Positions 38,659 through 50,759 of a DNA stretch of 64,000 nt are shown piece by piece (within the stretch, counting starts at the first letter, position 1; each line of letters opens with the position of its first letter). This DNA is from Raillietiella orientalis (lineage: Eukaryota): the NCBI GenBank assembly GCA_036172245.1, contig JAYWIR010000014.1, forward strand, positions 4,216,001 through 4,280,000, read 5' to 3'. A program made the translations under genes and the position numbers. The notes under the pieces were generated by a model. That model was not told the origin of the DNA. It did not search any database and saw only the letters and a program-made list of their open reading frames with translations.

Positions 38659-38774
38659 GTGAAGAAGGAATTAAGGCTCGGGTCGGGAACCGCGCACCTC
38701 CCCAGGGAGCTCTGGGACGCCTGGGACCCTACGCTGATCGCCGAGGGCCTCTTCGCCACCGCCAACATCTTCAG
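38659..38774 (+). CDS. Trpgamma: exon 9, S3-S4 ([26 protein letters not shown])
   Basis: tttccag| acceptor; AG|gtgagt donor. Confidence 0.97.
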
Positions 38775-39043
38775 GTGAGTCGCGCTTCTCCTGCTCCCCA
38801 GCGACGACTCCTCTGAGGAAGAGAAGCCTTCCGCTGCCCGCTGATTTCCTCCTCCTCCTCCTCTTCTACTCTCCTCCTCTTCTTTTCCCTTTCTCCTCTT
38901 TCCTCCTTCTACTCCTCCTCTCCTCTCTTCCTCCTCCTTCCCGTCTCCCATATGAAAATCCTGTTGGACGTTGTCGCAAAAGGTGCAGCAAGATGTCCCC
39001 CCTTCCTCCTCTCTCCCTCTCAGGCCTTTTTCCCCTCTTGCAG

Positions 39044-39313
39044 CTCCCTGAAGCTGGTCCACATCTTTTCCGTGAACCCTCACCTGGGACCGCTGCAGAT
39101 CTCCCTCAGCAGGATGGCTGTGGATATCCTTAAGTTCTTCTTCCTGGACATCCTCGTGCTGTTCGCGTTCAGCTGTGGCCTCAACCAGCTCCTGTGGTAC
39201 TACGCGGACCTGGAGAACAAGAGCTGCGTCCACCAGAGGGCGGAAACGCCCTCGGACAACGACGCCCTGCCCAAGGACCCGGACGCCTGCTTCGTCTGGA
39301 GGAGATTCGCCAA
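39044..39313 (+). CDS. Trpgamma: exon 10, S4-S5 linker, S5 and turret ([24 protein letters not shown]...GLNQLLWYY)
   Basis: cttgcag|C acceptor; AA|gtgagt donor. Confidence 0.97.
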
Positions 39314-42003
39314 GTGAGTGGGCGCGGAGAGGGCGAGGAGGGTGGCAGAGGAAAGGAAGGGAGGTAGTGGGGACCAGGGAGACGCGCGCGTGCGAGAGGG
39401 ACCGCGGTTCCGGAAACCCCCACTCGTGTCTGCCATCCCCTCCCACACAGGTTCCACGCGGCTCCCCCTGTTGTGGAGACAGCCGCAAGGAACGAGCGGC
39501 TCCTCTCAATCTGGCCCGGGGCCAGCACGGGCGGAAGAATAAGGGAATACCTCATCCCTCCTTAGTTGCTTCCCTTCGTGCCCGCTTCCGGAAGACTCTG
39601 ACTCCTCCTGCACCCGAACCCCAGGGTTCCTTCCCTAGCCCTGTTTCCCAGGAGCGACTTCCTCCCCTTCACCTTTGCCGCTCTCCTCGTGCGCTCCTAC
39701 TCTCAGACGGGGTTGGACGGGGAAGCGGAGACGTCCGTACGCACCTCCTCCGCCGTCCTCGAGGGTGGAAGGGCCGGCCCAGGAAATTTTCCTGGATCGA
39801 AAGGCAGCTGAGCCGGGAGAAAAAACCCACGCAGGGGAGACCACGGGAAGCTGATTGAGGTCTCGTGGCCGCGCGCTCCCGGTGGCTGCAGGAAGATGCG
39901 GGGGCGAAGGGAGGAAGCGGTAGCGGAGCAGCTGGAAGCAGACTGGAGAACCCTCCCAAGAAGCAAGAATTCAGGGGAGGACCAGGTGAGATGGAGGGGG
40001 AAGAATCTTCGCCGCGCCTCAGACGGTGCGAAGAGTCGTCTTCCCGGGAGGCGCGAGCGCGCGCCCGGGAGCGTGGGATCGGACGGGCGAGGAGGGAGCA
40101 AGCCTTGCATTCAGGAGGGCGCGTGGGGGATGCCCGCTTGACCCCATAGAGACATCCTCTTCCAAGTGGGATTCGGGAAAAGGAGGAATATTTTCCCTAC
40201 GCGCATCCATCTCTCTGCCACCAGAAAGTTTCTCCACCGTCTTGGGCTCCTGAGCGAGCCTACGGCTCTGCAGGCGCCGCCTTCCTCTTGCCAGGCGAGC
40301 AGCGTGCCGTAGAGGACCCCTTCCCCTCCTCCTCCCGAGTTTCCTCACAGCTGTGCAAGAAGCCACCGCTCTGAGGGCGGAGGCTCCGCTTTCGACGGTA
40401 TTTCCCGGAAGTCCCTCCAGAGTCAGGACCAGCCAACGTGCCCGAAGAGGAATCGGCGGACGCCTCCCTCCTTCGACTCCACTTCGGCGCCCTCCTCTCC
40501 CGCTCGTCACGAAAAGATCCTCTGGCAGTTCCCATCTGTGGCGGTTCCTCGGGGTGGCGAGAGGAAACCGCCTTTCTCCCGCTCTGGACCTGTGATCTGC
40601 GGGCGTCTTGGGATCGCCCCGAGGGATGCCTTCCGGCGCTTTCGCTCCGCTCTCTCTGCTGCCCCGTCGGCGCCTCGGGGTCTTCTCGCAGCCGAGGGAA
40701 CCGGCAGAAGCGTGGCTCACTGGCGAAGCGGAAGAGGCACGTGAGGCTGCGTGTCCGAACCGTTCGCGGGAGATCGGCTGGGCGGGCGCAAGGGCGAAGG
40801 CCTCCCAGAGCTCCTCTCGCGCTGGATGCCGGACGACACCGCCACTCCTGAGGAGCCGGCGGGCGCGGCCTATTCCTGGAAGCCTCCTCGTCCGGCCCAA
40901 GGCAAGGACTGGAGCGCGTCCTCGCCTTGTCTACCACTTGCGCCTGAGGGGATGGATACGTGCGCCTTCGGGAGGGAAGGTGGCACGGTCCCGAAAGCCC
41001 ACGCACAGCGGCTAGCGAGGGAGAGGGGTGGAGTTGAGTTTTGGCAGCGGGATGGCGCCAAATTCGCAGGTCCGACAACGCTCCTGGCAGGTAGGTGGGG
41101 TCTGCCTTGAGGGTGCGAAGGCTGCCACTGCGCTGTCAAGTCGGTGGAGCGCCGCCGGTTGCGTGGCTCCAGGAGTGTCCCGCTGAATCTCGAATTTCCC
41201 GGGGCGGGATGAGAACGACCCGGTATTCCGAAACCCGGAGTCAGCCTCGGAGGTGCTCCCCGGCCCGGAGGGGATGGATGGGATGGGGAAAGAGGAGGAG
41301 GAGGAGGAGGAAAAGGAAAGGACAAGGCCTTTCTTGCTTGTCTAGTGGAACGGAGGAGTCGTTCCGCACCGGGTCAACCAGCTAGGCGTCCCGGAGCATC
41401 CTCTCGCGACTGCCTGAGATGCTTCGCATGTCTCGAAAACGACCGCTTCGCAGAGTCGCTCACAGGAAACGGGAGAATTTCCCTCACCTTTCCTTCCCCC
41501 CTTTCACACACATACAAAAGTGTGCAACAGCGACGGGAGCAACGCCCTGCACCGAGTTGATGGATGCACCGCTCGAGAGAGCTCACCGCTCTGGAGAGCT
41601 GCGGGCCGCGCATCAGGCCTCGGCGGGTGTACCATATGCAAAACGGGCGGAGGACGCGAATCGGTTCACCCATTTCCGTGCCGAATCAAGTGGGAGGCCC
41701 TGAGACGCGTACAGAGTGGCCGCAGCACCTGCGTGCGAAGCAGCGGGCAGGTCCTGCGGGCGCAGGTTGGCGCTCTTCCTAAGGATCGCTTAACGGGGTA
41801 TTCTTACGGAGTGCTGCATCAGCTTCCCGACTCACGTCATTCTCATCAACCAACAGCTATGCGGGTCTCGATGGTCGAGGCTATTGCAATTATTTTTTAG
41901 AACTTTTTAGAGCATTCTCCAAGGTGGAGCGAAGCGTCCTCTCCCCTCCAGTGACAGTTATCCCTGTGCAGAATCCAGAAGCGTTTCCCTGCATAAATCA
42001 ATC

Positions 42004-42067
42004 ACAATGCATTATTGGAACGTAGTGTTTTGTGTTTGTATGAATTACAATGCATTATTGGAACGTA
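42004..42067 (+). repeat. Exact 21-nt direct repeat pair
   Basis: acaatgcattattggaacgta at 42004-42024 and 42047-42067. Confidence 0.9.
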
Positions 42068-42419
42068 TGAATCCTTCCAAGCCGATACACTAACAGATAG
42101 AATGTGTATGTCTGTATTGGCAGCCCGTGAGTTACAAGATACTTCAAAGACATTTGTTATCATGATGTTCCTTTTGGAAGAATCACCTGCGAAAAATGGA
42201 AATATGCGAGACGGATAGCAATCGTAAATCTGGAATCAATCATGTATACAAATACGTCTATGCATTCTTATTTGTTTGGAAATGCTTTCCCATATAGCAA
42301 GATATACACATACATATTGCTCGATAAAGATAGATGGATAAGTGCGTGCATAATTTTTCGATTACAGTGTGTTCTTATTGTGTGATGTTTATGTTAAAGG
42401 GATGGTACCACCGTGTTCA

Positions 42420-45400
42420 GTCAAAGAGCTTGCCGTTCGAAAAATGATCAATACGAATTCCAAATACGTGCTACACGTGAAACTTCAGTCTGCTTTAGCG
42501 CACCTAAGATTGGGAACTTCAAGTTCCCTTCTATGAGAGAAAACTCCCACTTCCCGAACCTGTTCTTCTCTTGTTTTCGTCCAGTCAGCCTTGATCGGGA
42601 TCGGGTCGATGGCGTAGGGGCCCCATTCTGCAAAACTGGACACCCCTCCATCCAAACGGTGAGACAGTCTCTTTGCCGCAACGGGGGCCGCAAGCTCCCC
42701 GATGCTGTTCTCAAAAGCTTCTGCAAAGTATGCCATCTCCATCAAACTTCCCGTCCAGGCTTGTTCCCTGGAAGGGTCCCGTCCACCCTCCAGCCACCCC
42801 GGTTCTTTACTTGATGCCACCCCCTCTTGCATGCTCCTCTGCACCAGCTTGCTGGACCGTGCAAAATGCAACGTTTCTTGCTAGACCACCCGTCCCACTC
42901 CGCGTGGGAGACACGACTTTCTCCATCCGGTAGGGAGGACTCTGGATGGATTTTCTGCTCGTCTGGATCCGTGCAAGATCGTAGAAACCCTTGCACAGTG
43001 ATCTTTAGAGGTGCTCATCCAACACAGAGCGTTGGAACCCCGCCCAGTGAGTCTTCCCCCTTGGCCATTGGCCGCATAAGTCACATTGCCTTGCACAAAT
43101 GACGGCACCCTCGTCACGTCTCCAAGGGCGCCTCGGCGCGGACCTGCTACAGCACCAACGAGCGGCGTTGGCGGAGAGGCCCTGAGACGTGAACACGTCT
43201 TTGACGTCACCGGGGCGCATGACCCGACCGAGGGGAAGTCAGAAGCGCTCACGGAGAGCCCGCACCTCGGCACGGTTCCTCACGGGGCTTCTGCTTGCTG
43301 GGAGGGAGGTCGCCGAGATTGCAGAAAACAAGAAAGCAATTGATTCCCGGAACCACCGAGATATTCTTGGATGGCGCCGGATTTTCCTCGTGGCTGGGGC
43401 TCGACGGAGCTTCGGCCCCACGCGCTCTCCCCTGGAAAGGAAGGCACATCGATTCCCCCCACCCACCCACCAGCGCCAGGAGCAGCCACGGGAGAGAGAC
43501 CCCTCCTCCGGAAGCGCGGCTCCGGCGTGCGCGCGGAGACTTCCGACCTTTGATGGGCGCAGCTCGCGAGGGAACGCCGCTCCGGATCGGAACGACCTCC
43601 GGCAATCCTCGCAGGAAGCCTGCGAGCTTCCTGGCAGCGACCGATCTTTCTGTAGCTTCCCCTCCAGCTTCCCGCGTCTCCAGAGAGACGTCCTGGGTTC
43701 TCTCTGAGAGGAGTTTTTTTTTTTTTTTTCCCGATCTCCGCGGAACAAATTTGATCTCTGCAAGAGCAGCGCTGAGAAGAGGCGGCCTCCTGCCGGCATG
43801 AGCGTTCAGTCCGCACCCCAGCTCATCGCCTCCCTCAGATCCGCCACCGCCCGAGAGTAGATCGATCCACTCGCAGCCATGGGTGTGGCTTGGTGCCCCT
43901 GGCAGCTCCCCCAGCTGGCGCAAAGGGCACATCACTGACCGCCGGAGGCTGAGAACGAGCCGCTCTCAGACAGCGGCAGTCCCTGCTCGACACGTCCCCT
44001 TCCCGAGATGACGAAGACTGCGACCGAGCGGCTGACACCTACCTGACTGCCGGCTCCGGCCACGATCTTCGGGGATCCGGAGGACGCGTCACCTGGGAGA
44101 TCCCCAGGGTTCGTAGAGCGCGCCGAGGAGGTAGTGACAGCAGGTGCCGAGCGGTTCTCCGTATCCGCGCGCCGCTTCGCCCGTTTCGCCCACGCGCACC
44201 GAACCTTCCGCCAGAGCTCCGAGCGGCTTGCTGGCGGCCGGGGTTCCCCCCTCAGACCGGTCCTTTCTCCCCTTTCCCCGCCCTCTTCCACCCGATCGGC
44301 GGAACCCGCAGCAGATTTCCGTCAGGGACACTCCCGGACGGCTCCTCCGTGGAAAAACGGACGTCTCCCTTGCTTCGCACCCCAGCGCGAGAGCAACTCT
44401 CCTTCATCTGGTGTTGCCGTCTTGGAAACGGCGTGCATCGAAGATTCTCGCTTGGAGCGAAGAACTGCGGAGAACTGGGCAAGCTGGAGGAGGAAATGAC
44501 TCTCAGGAGGGATCGATCACCCTGAGGGACAGGAGAGACCAGCTGGCAAACGCTCTCAGAAATCGACCAGTGAGGACCTCTGCTCTTCATCTCTATCGAG
44601 CTGCCAAAACGGCCACACCGAGCGGGAGGAAGAAGCGGTTGCGAAACCCGCTCAGTAGAGCGTAGCTACTGACTCGATGTGTTGATGCTTTCGCCTTTTC
44701 CCGAAGTGTTTCCGTAACTCCTTCCCACGGAAGTTTCCGCTTCTCCACAGCAACCGATATCGTTGCATAGCAACCTGTATTGTCAGTATCAGCAGCCCCT
44801 CTTCCATGCGCCTTACATGCGTCTTCGACTGGCTGCCCGCAACTCCCCTGCCTGAGTAAGGGCGCGCTCCCCAAAGCGAGGTTCCCGAGCGGACGAAGGC
44901 TATGAGAGGCATCTGTTGCGTGTCTCCAGCTGCAGCTTCTCCGCATCCCAGCATCTCACTGATCTCAGCACAGCCTTGCTCGTGGAGTGCTGGTCCCCCG
45001 ACACCACCCTTGAGCTGCAGAGCCAAGAAAAGACGCTTAGCCTCCCATTTGAAGGGTTTGGAAGCGTCTTTCTCGCGCTCAGATCTCCTCCAGGAATCGT
45101 CGATGCCATTTCTCTTTTTCCTTTGGTGTTTTATCTCCTTCACAGCCCGGATGCACTTTCAGCTAGTGTTTGGCGGCACAGATCCACCTGGAAGCTGAGC
45201 AGTTTCCGGAACTTGTTCAGAATTCCAGGCAACAGAGATGCATCTTCCATCCTCGAGCCGACACCTCAACAAGGAAAAGCCCTCGGCTCTTCCCTTCGAC
45301 CTCTGGTCTTCTTCGACCCGCATCGGCTTTCAGTGCGTTCCAACTCCGTAATCCCTGCAGCAGACCTCGACTGAGCCGTCTTCCCTCCCTCTTCACCCCC

Positions 45401-46800
45401 CGACTGGGAATTTACGGAGTGGATGCAAATGAGATCATTATGGGCTGCTTGTGACGTCATCGATCACATGCCGAGTTTACCGCCTGCTTTCTCCTTTCGC
45501 AGGAGTTGGCCGGAAGGAAAAACTCGACGTTCTTTCCTACGCCTCCGCCACGAAGGACAGGTCGGTTTCTGTCCCCAAGAAGGTATTGTCGGACCATCTT
45601 GTCGGACTGCCCTCTTTAACTCGCCCTTGCAACGAGGCTGCGGCTGCTGAAGACCCCTGCGTTGCGAAGGGTTGCTGTCGATGTGCGTTCCGCGGGATGC
45701 TGGACCGTTCCCTTTCCTATGCTCCCCGCCCGCTTCTCTAAAATCTCCAGCTCCCTTCAGACTTCGTCGGACGCTGCATCCCAAGGTCGCAGAGACCCTG
45801 CGGCGGCTGCTCCTGAGGTCACTGTGGGAACCCCTTCGGGGGTGAAGGAGAGAGCAGGTAGTCCTTTTCCGCCGCGCTGCCTGCCCTCCTTTCCTGCCTC
45901 TTCTGGCACCGTCGCCAAATATCTGCCGCGAGCGTTTTGCCTTCCTCTTTGCTGGAGCTCCACATCCAGAGTCCACCCGCTCCTGGGACAGGCTGGCTAC
46001 AGACCACCGGTGTCTGGCTCAGCTGACTACCCTTTTCCGTCGTCAGCGCCTGGTCGATTTCTTGGCGCATCCGTTGAGGTTTGAGACCGAGCGATTGGCC
46101 GTCACGCTCCACGCCCTCCACACTTGAGATGGCCGCCGCCGCCTGTGGTGGGCAATCTACGACACGAATCGCGCCGAATATATGCATCCGCAATCACCGC
46201 GGGTCGGAGATGCCCTCCGTTGAGCGAAAACTGCCCCGAGATCCAGGCCGCGCAACGCAGGACGTGGTCGTCCTTCAATGCGCGCGCGTCTGACAAGAGG
46301 GGACGGACGTCCACGTCGCCTGGTGCGCAGGCTGGAGGCGATCTCCTTTGTGAGCGCGTCCACACGTTGGGTGGCTAGGTCGCTTGGGGCACTTACGTCT
46401 CGAACATCGGCATCGTCTAAAGCTGGACGGCCGGTGAAAGAGAGAAACTGCGGCGCGTGGCTCATGGCGACTGCAATCTTCCAGCTTGTTCGAGACCATG
46501 CAGACCCTGTTCTGGGCAGCCTTTGGTCTGATCGACTTGCAGAGCTTCGAGCTGGCTGGCATCAAGAGTTTCACAAGGTTCTGGGGTCTGCTGATGTTCG
46601 GGACGTACTCCGTCATCAACATCGTGGTGCTGCTCAATCTTCTCATCGCCATGATGAACCACTCCTACCAGCTGATCTCGGTACGCAAAGATAAACCCCA
46701 CCCCTCTTTGCTGTTCCTCCACGATGACATAGGAACGCGCTGACACAGAATGGAAATTTGCGCGCTCCAGACTGTGGATCAGTTACTTCAAAGAAGGAGC
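42420..46800. repeat. Degenerate inverted duplication, axis ~44650, reaching exons 11-12
   Basis: Anchors 44466-44489/44924-44945, 43477-43487/45805-45815 (exact 11-mer), about 43360/45920. Confidence 0.7.
46485..46680 (+). CDS. Trpgamma: exon 11, pore helix and S6 (LFETMQTLFWAAFGL...VVLLNLLIAMMNHSYQLIS)
   Basis: LFW pore motif; ttccag|C acceptor; TCG|gtacgc donor. Confidence 0.98.
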
Positions 46801-46927
46801 CACGGTCCCTCCACCTTTCAACATCATCCCCTCTTTTAAATCTATGTATTACATCGTATGCATGATTTTGGAGCGCATCTGCCTGAAGAAGATACGCAGC
46901 GACAAGAAGAACTTCAAGTCGATGAAG
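46733..46927 (+). CDS. Trpgamma: exon 12, TRP box (ERADTEWKFARSRLWISYF...PPPFNIIP)
   Basis: Follows a 52-nt intron; catag| acceptor; AAG|gtgcgt donor. Confidence 0.96.
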
Positions 46928-47022
46928 GTGCGTGCTGAAATGATTCTGCCGGTGGCTATAGACATTTCGCGCTTGATCGTTCTGCGTCACCGCTGCCTTC
47001 TTCATTCTGTGGTTTCTTCCAG

Positions 47023-47064
47023 GGAAAGGAAAGAGCCGAGATCGAATATCACCATCAGTACCAG
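47023..47064 (+). CDS. Trpgamma: exon 13, 42-nt small exon (GKERAEIEYHHQYQ)
   Basis: ttcttccag| acceptor and CAG|gtaggt donor, phase 0-0. It ends in YQ, as expected just before xIMRNLVRRY. Confidence 0.88.
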
Positions 47065-48554
47065 GTAGGTTGCACTTCCTTTATGATTCTTCTCCTCGAA
47101 GAGAGATGAGTCCTCAAGATAGTTCGTGTAGTTACATTTCTCTGGAAACGCCGAGGATCCACTTTGCTATGGGCTTGAAGGGAGGTCACGCGCGATGTGT
47201 GTGAGCGTGCGCGTATACTCAGAGTAAATCCCAATTTCTGAGAACGCATCGAGACCAGTCCGGTTAAGAAGCTGCATGAAAATAGTTAGAAAGATAGAAA
47301 GAAGATAAACCAGCATTCCAGTGGGCACCAAGGAATGCATTCGAATGATTTAGAGGACAAATGGGAGCGAAACACTCGATGCTTGGAAGCGCTCCATGTC
47401 GACAACACCTGCTCCCGTTTTCCCTCACGGTCGCCATCAACGGATCATCACTGCCCTACGACAACACGTCTGTTATCCTTGCACTCTTCTGCCCTTGAAC
47501 TTCTGGATTTGTAACGGTGTCGAACCAGCTCTCGCGACACTCCAGAGGAAAATGTTCCATTGCGCAAACACTTGGCACGTGCAAGAAGCAGTACGCGCGT
47601 GCTTACTGTGCGATTAGTAGCCGTTTCTAATGGTAATGCATGGAGGAATTTATCCAGCGTGCCTTTCTATGCTCCTTTGGTCAACCACAGGTGAGCCAAG
47701 CCAGCAGAGACATGGTTCAGTCGGTGCACGACGACCACCGCCCTTCCGGTCTTCCGGACAAAGCGGCGTACCTCACCCCAACAACAAATTTTCTTGAAAC
47801 CTCTGTAGGAGCTGGTTCCGTTTCCGATGGGTCTCCCTCCCCCCTCAACGTCTCCCTAGCACTCTGATGCTCCTTCGCATCCGCGGTGGGGTGCCTCCGA
47901 TGGCTGCGTCCTCGCAATTCTTTGCGTTCCTCGCAGCGTTCATCGTGATCGTTGGAAGTTTCTGGTTCTTCGCGGCTCCTGGCTTTTGGGGGACCTTTTC
48001 TGGCACCCTAGTCTGCAGCCTCGGGACCTCAGCGAGTCCGAACGGTCGCGCCTGCTTGTCCTTCGCTAGCAGCCGACGTGGAACCGTGGAGGAATCGTGA
48101 AGGAGGTGGACCATTACCGGTCGACGCCTCGCATTCGCTTCCTCGGCTGCTAAAGATGGCGTCAGACAACTCCGCTCGGTCACTCCAAGGACGTAGTTCA
48201 CGAGCTTCCCGGGATGCAACGTATCCTTACTTTTCATGATTTTCTACATCCGTTGCCTCCTTCAGGAGAGTTTCGTCGGCAGGCGGAGATTTCAGTTTGT
48301 TAGACATCGCAAATCAGGATGCCCCGCGAAGGCGTCAAGGAACCGGACTCTTCTTGATGTCCGCCGCAGCCCCACGTGACCCATTTCTTAAAAAGCCCCG
48401 CTGCTATGCAGGCAGCCCCATTACCGTTGGAGCGGCGTCTCCTGTCCTGAAGAAACGGCGCGGAGTCCAAGCACAGAGAGGAAAATCCTGTCTGACGGAT
48501 TCTGGTCGGAAGATGCTCAATCAACGGCTGCTCTGATCGACTGATTGTCCCGAT

Positions 48555-48980
48555 TGGTCGGAATGCTTCCGTGATTTTCCCTGAAGGGTGCTCCCCGAAG
48601 GGAGCGGCACGCTTCTTTGCACTCTGGAGAGGTATCATCAATCCAGCTCCATGGTATGAGGCGGAGGGTCCATCGACGAGGGGAGAAGGACGGCTCCATT
48701 TGCACAACCGGGGGGAAACCCGAAGGGAACCGCACTCCTTGATTCTGTTTCCCAGAAGGACCCGGAGGGTCGACTCCCTATCCCGGCCACTCATCGGGGT
48801 CATCCGGTTTGAACCGCTACCAGTACCGCACCCAAATCGAGGCCACCTAGCGTCATCTTGCGGGAGGAACTGGAACCCGCAACGCACCCCCATTCTCGAC
48901 GTCGATTCTTTCCGAGAATCCGAACCCGCGATGCTTGGTGGCACGAGGAGCAGAGACCGTGAACACGTGGTCACCGGCGA
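48555..48980 (-). mobile_element. SINE-like repeat, truncated copy 3
   Basis: Shares cactctggagagg and agcgtcatcttgcgggagg with copy 1. Confidence 0.7.
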
Positions 48981-49636
48981 GGACACACGTTTTTCGATTC
49001 CCAGTCGGCTGCCGCTTCCGTCGGTTGCCTCTCTCTCGCCTCTCTTCACCGAGAAGCGGATCGAGAACGTCCTTGTCCATCACTCCGTTATTCCCTCGCT
49101 CCAGTTTGGGAGAAAGAAAGAAAAAATTGGGGGAAACTGCTGATGGGAAGGACCGCGCTGCTGGATGCGCGCTCCTTCTTTTTCAGAAGTCTCGCTCCTT
49201 TCCCCGCGAAGACGCCCACGAAGACGCTTCGGCCAAGTCTTCCGCGATGCGACAGCAACGCTGACCAGAATCGTCGGCGGGATCAGCACTAGAAAAAACT
49301 GCCGTCGCTGCGCCACCGACGTCTCTCCGATGGGCGCTTCGCTTGGGTAGCGATCGCGTTCTGATTGGTTCTTCCTCTTTTGCTTTTCCCGCAATGTCAA
49401 GTGAAACTTCGAAGGCCATCACGTCTTCCTCGCTCCCGAATCCGGAACCACACACGCGTGATTGGGTTCCGCAGATGACGAGGGCATCTAGGGACCCTGG
49501 TCACTCTTCCTCATCGTTTGTTGCGATCCGCGAGACGGGTTCCGTGCGAGCATCTCATGGACATGATTCGGCGACTCCTGATGCAAGTCCCTTCTATTTT
49601 GAATTTCCGTTCTATTTTGAATAGATGTGGTTCTAG

Positions 49637-49817
49637 GAGATCATGCGGAATCTGGTGAGGCGCTACGTAACCGAGAAGCAAAGAAGCGCCGATGACCAAG
49701 GAGTGACCGAGGATGACGTCAATGAGATCAAGCAAGACATCTCTTGCTTTCGATACGAACTGCTAGAAATCTTGAAGAACTCAGGAATGAACACGAACAC
49801 AGGTCAAGCTGGTCAAG
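49637..49817 (+). CDS. Trpgamma: exon 14, rib helix / coiled coil (EIMRNLVRRYV...VTEDDVNEIKQDISCFRYELLEIL)
   Basis: ttctag| acceptor; G|gtgaga donor. Confidence 0.95.
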
Positions 49818-50759
49818 GTGAGAGAAGTTTCCACGTCATGATCGTAGCGGGAGGGATCTTTTCGGGCACTAACACTTGCTACCCACCCTGAGAAGTTGCC
49901 GACGGCCCTCGGGCTTCTCGACCTTGCCAGTCGCTTAGTTGCCTTCTACGACCCGCTTTGGACAGCAGGAACGCGGCTGCAATGATGGTCGGTTCCGAGA
50001 TCCCCTCCGGGATAAATTCGTGTTGCGAAGTGTTGACTGAATTGAATTCTTCGCAAATAATATCGGAGAATGAAGGGGGGAGAATTCGACTCTGCGGCGA
50101 GAGGAATCACCCGCCATCCTCATGGTTCTGTCTTCCTCTGCTGGTAGCAGAGGAGGAGGAGGATGGGATAGCGAGGCGAGGCAGCGGTTTATCAGAGGTT
50201 GTTTCTTCACCATTTGGTGCTCCGTATGTCGTTCCGGATTTTGAAGTACGCCACCTACCCGCCTGATGTGTTCTGTTAGTCCTACCGGGATCCTCGGTTC
50301 CCCTGGAGCCCAGCCGCTTGATCCCTGACTCACGACGAGCGCATGTGCCGTGGCCAGGACTCCTTCAAGCGACAAGTGGAGAGCGAGCTCGTTGGCGCCG
50401 GCTCTCTCTCCCTTCGCTCCCCCCCTCCCCGAAGCTGTTGTGGAACTTTCGAACGGATGGGTGACCCAGGGTGACCACTCGTTCCTTTCCTCGTTCTGCC
50501 GACGGCACTCGGGTCGCCACCACCTTCGTGAGATCCGTGCTTCCGATTCCTTGAGGTCTGACTGAGGTCAAGTTAGGCTGGGCGTGTAGCAGCTGAGGAT
50601 GCACGCGCGCTAGCGACTCTTCCAACGCCATGCGTCTTCTGCGCATTCCATCCCACGCCGTTCCGGTCGAGCTTGGGACGCGCAGGGGCTTTTCAGCCGT
50701 GCTCCGTGGATAGGCCTACAGTCTTCGAACTACATATCATCTTCGATATAGAAAAGGGT

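Larger units (their letters stand above)
34100..40500. repeat. Degenerate inverted duplication, axis ~37245, containing exons 8-10
   Basis: Collinear reverse-complement anchors: 37106-37130/37381-37404, 35581-35606/38769-38794, 35346-35406/39032-39092. Outer limits are uncertain. Confidence 0.8.

Noticed and set aside
42004..42067. Repeat-spacer-repeat resembling a CRISPR unit
   Set aside because: Only two copies, eukaryotic intron context and no cas genes; a simple local duplication.
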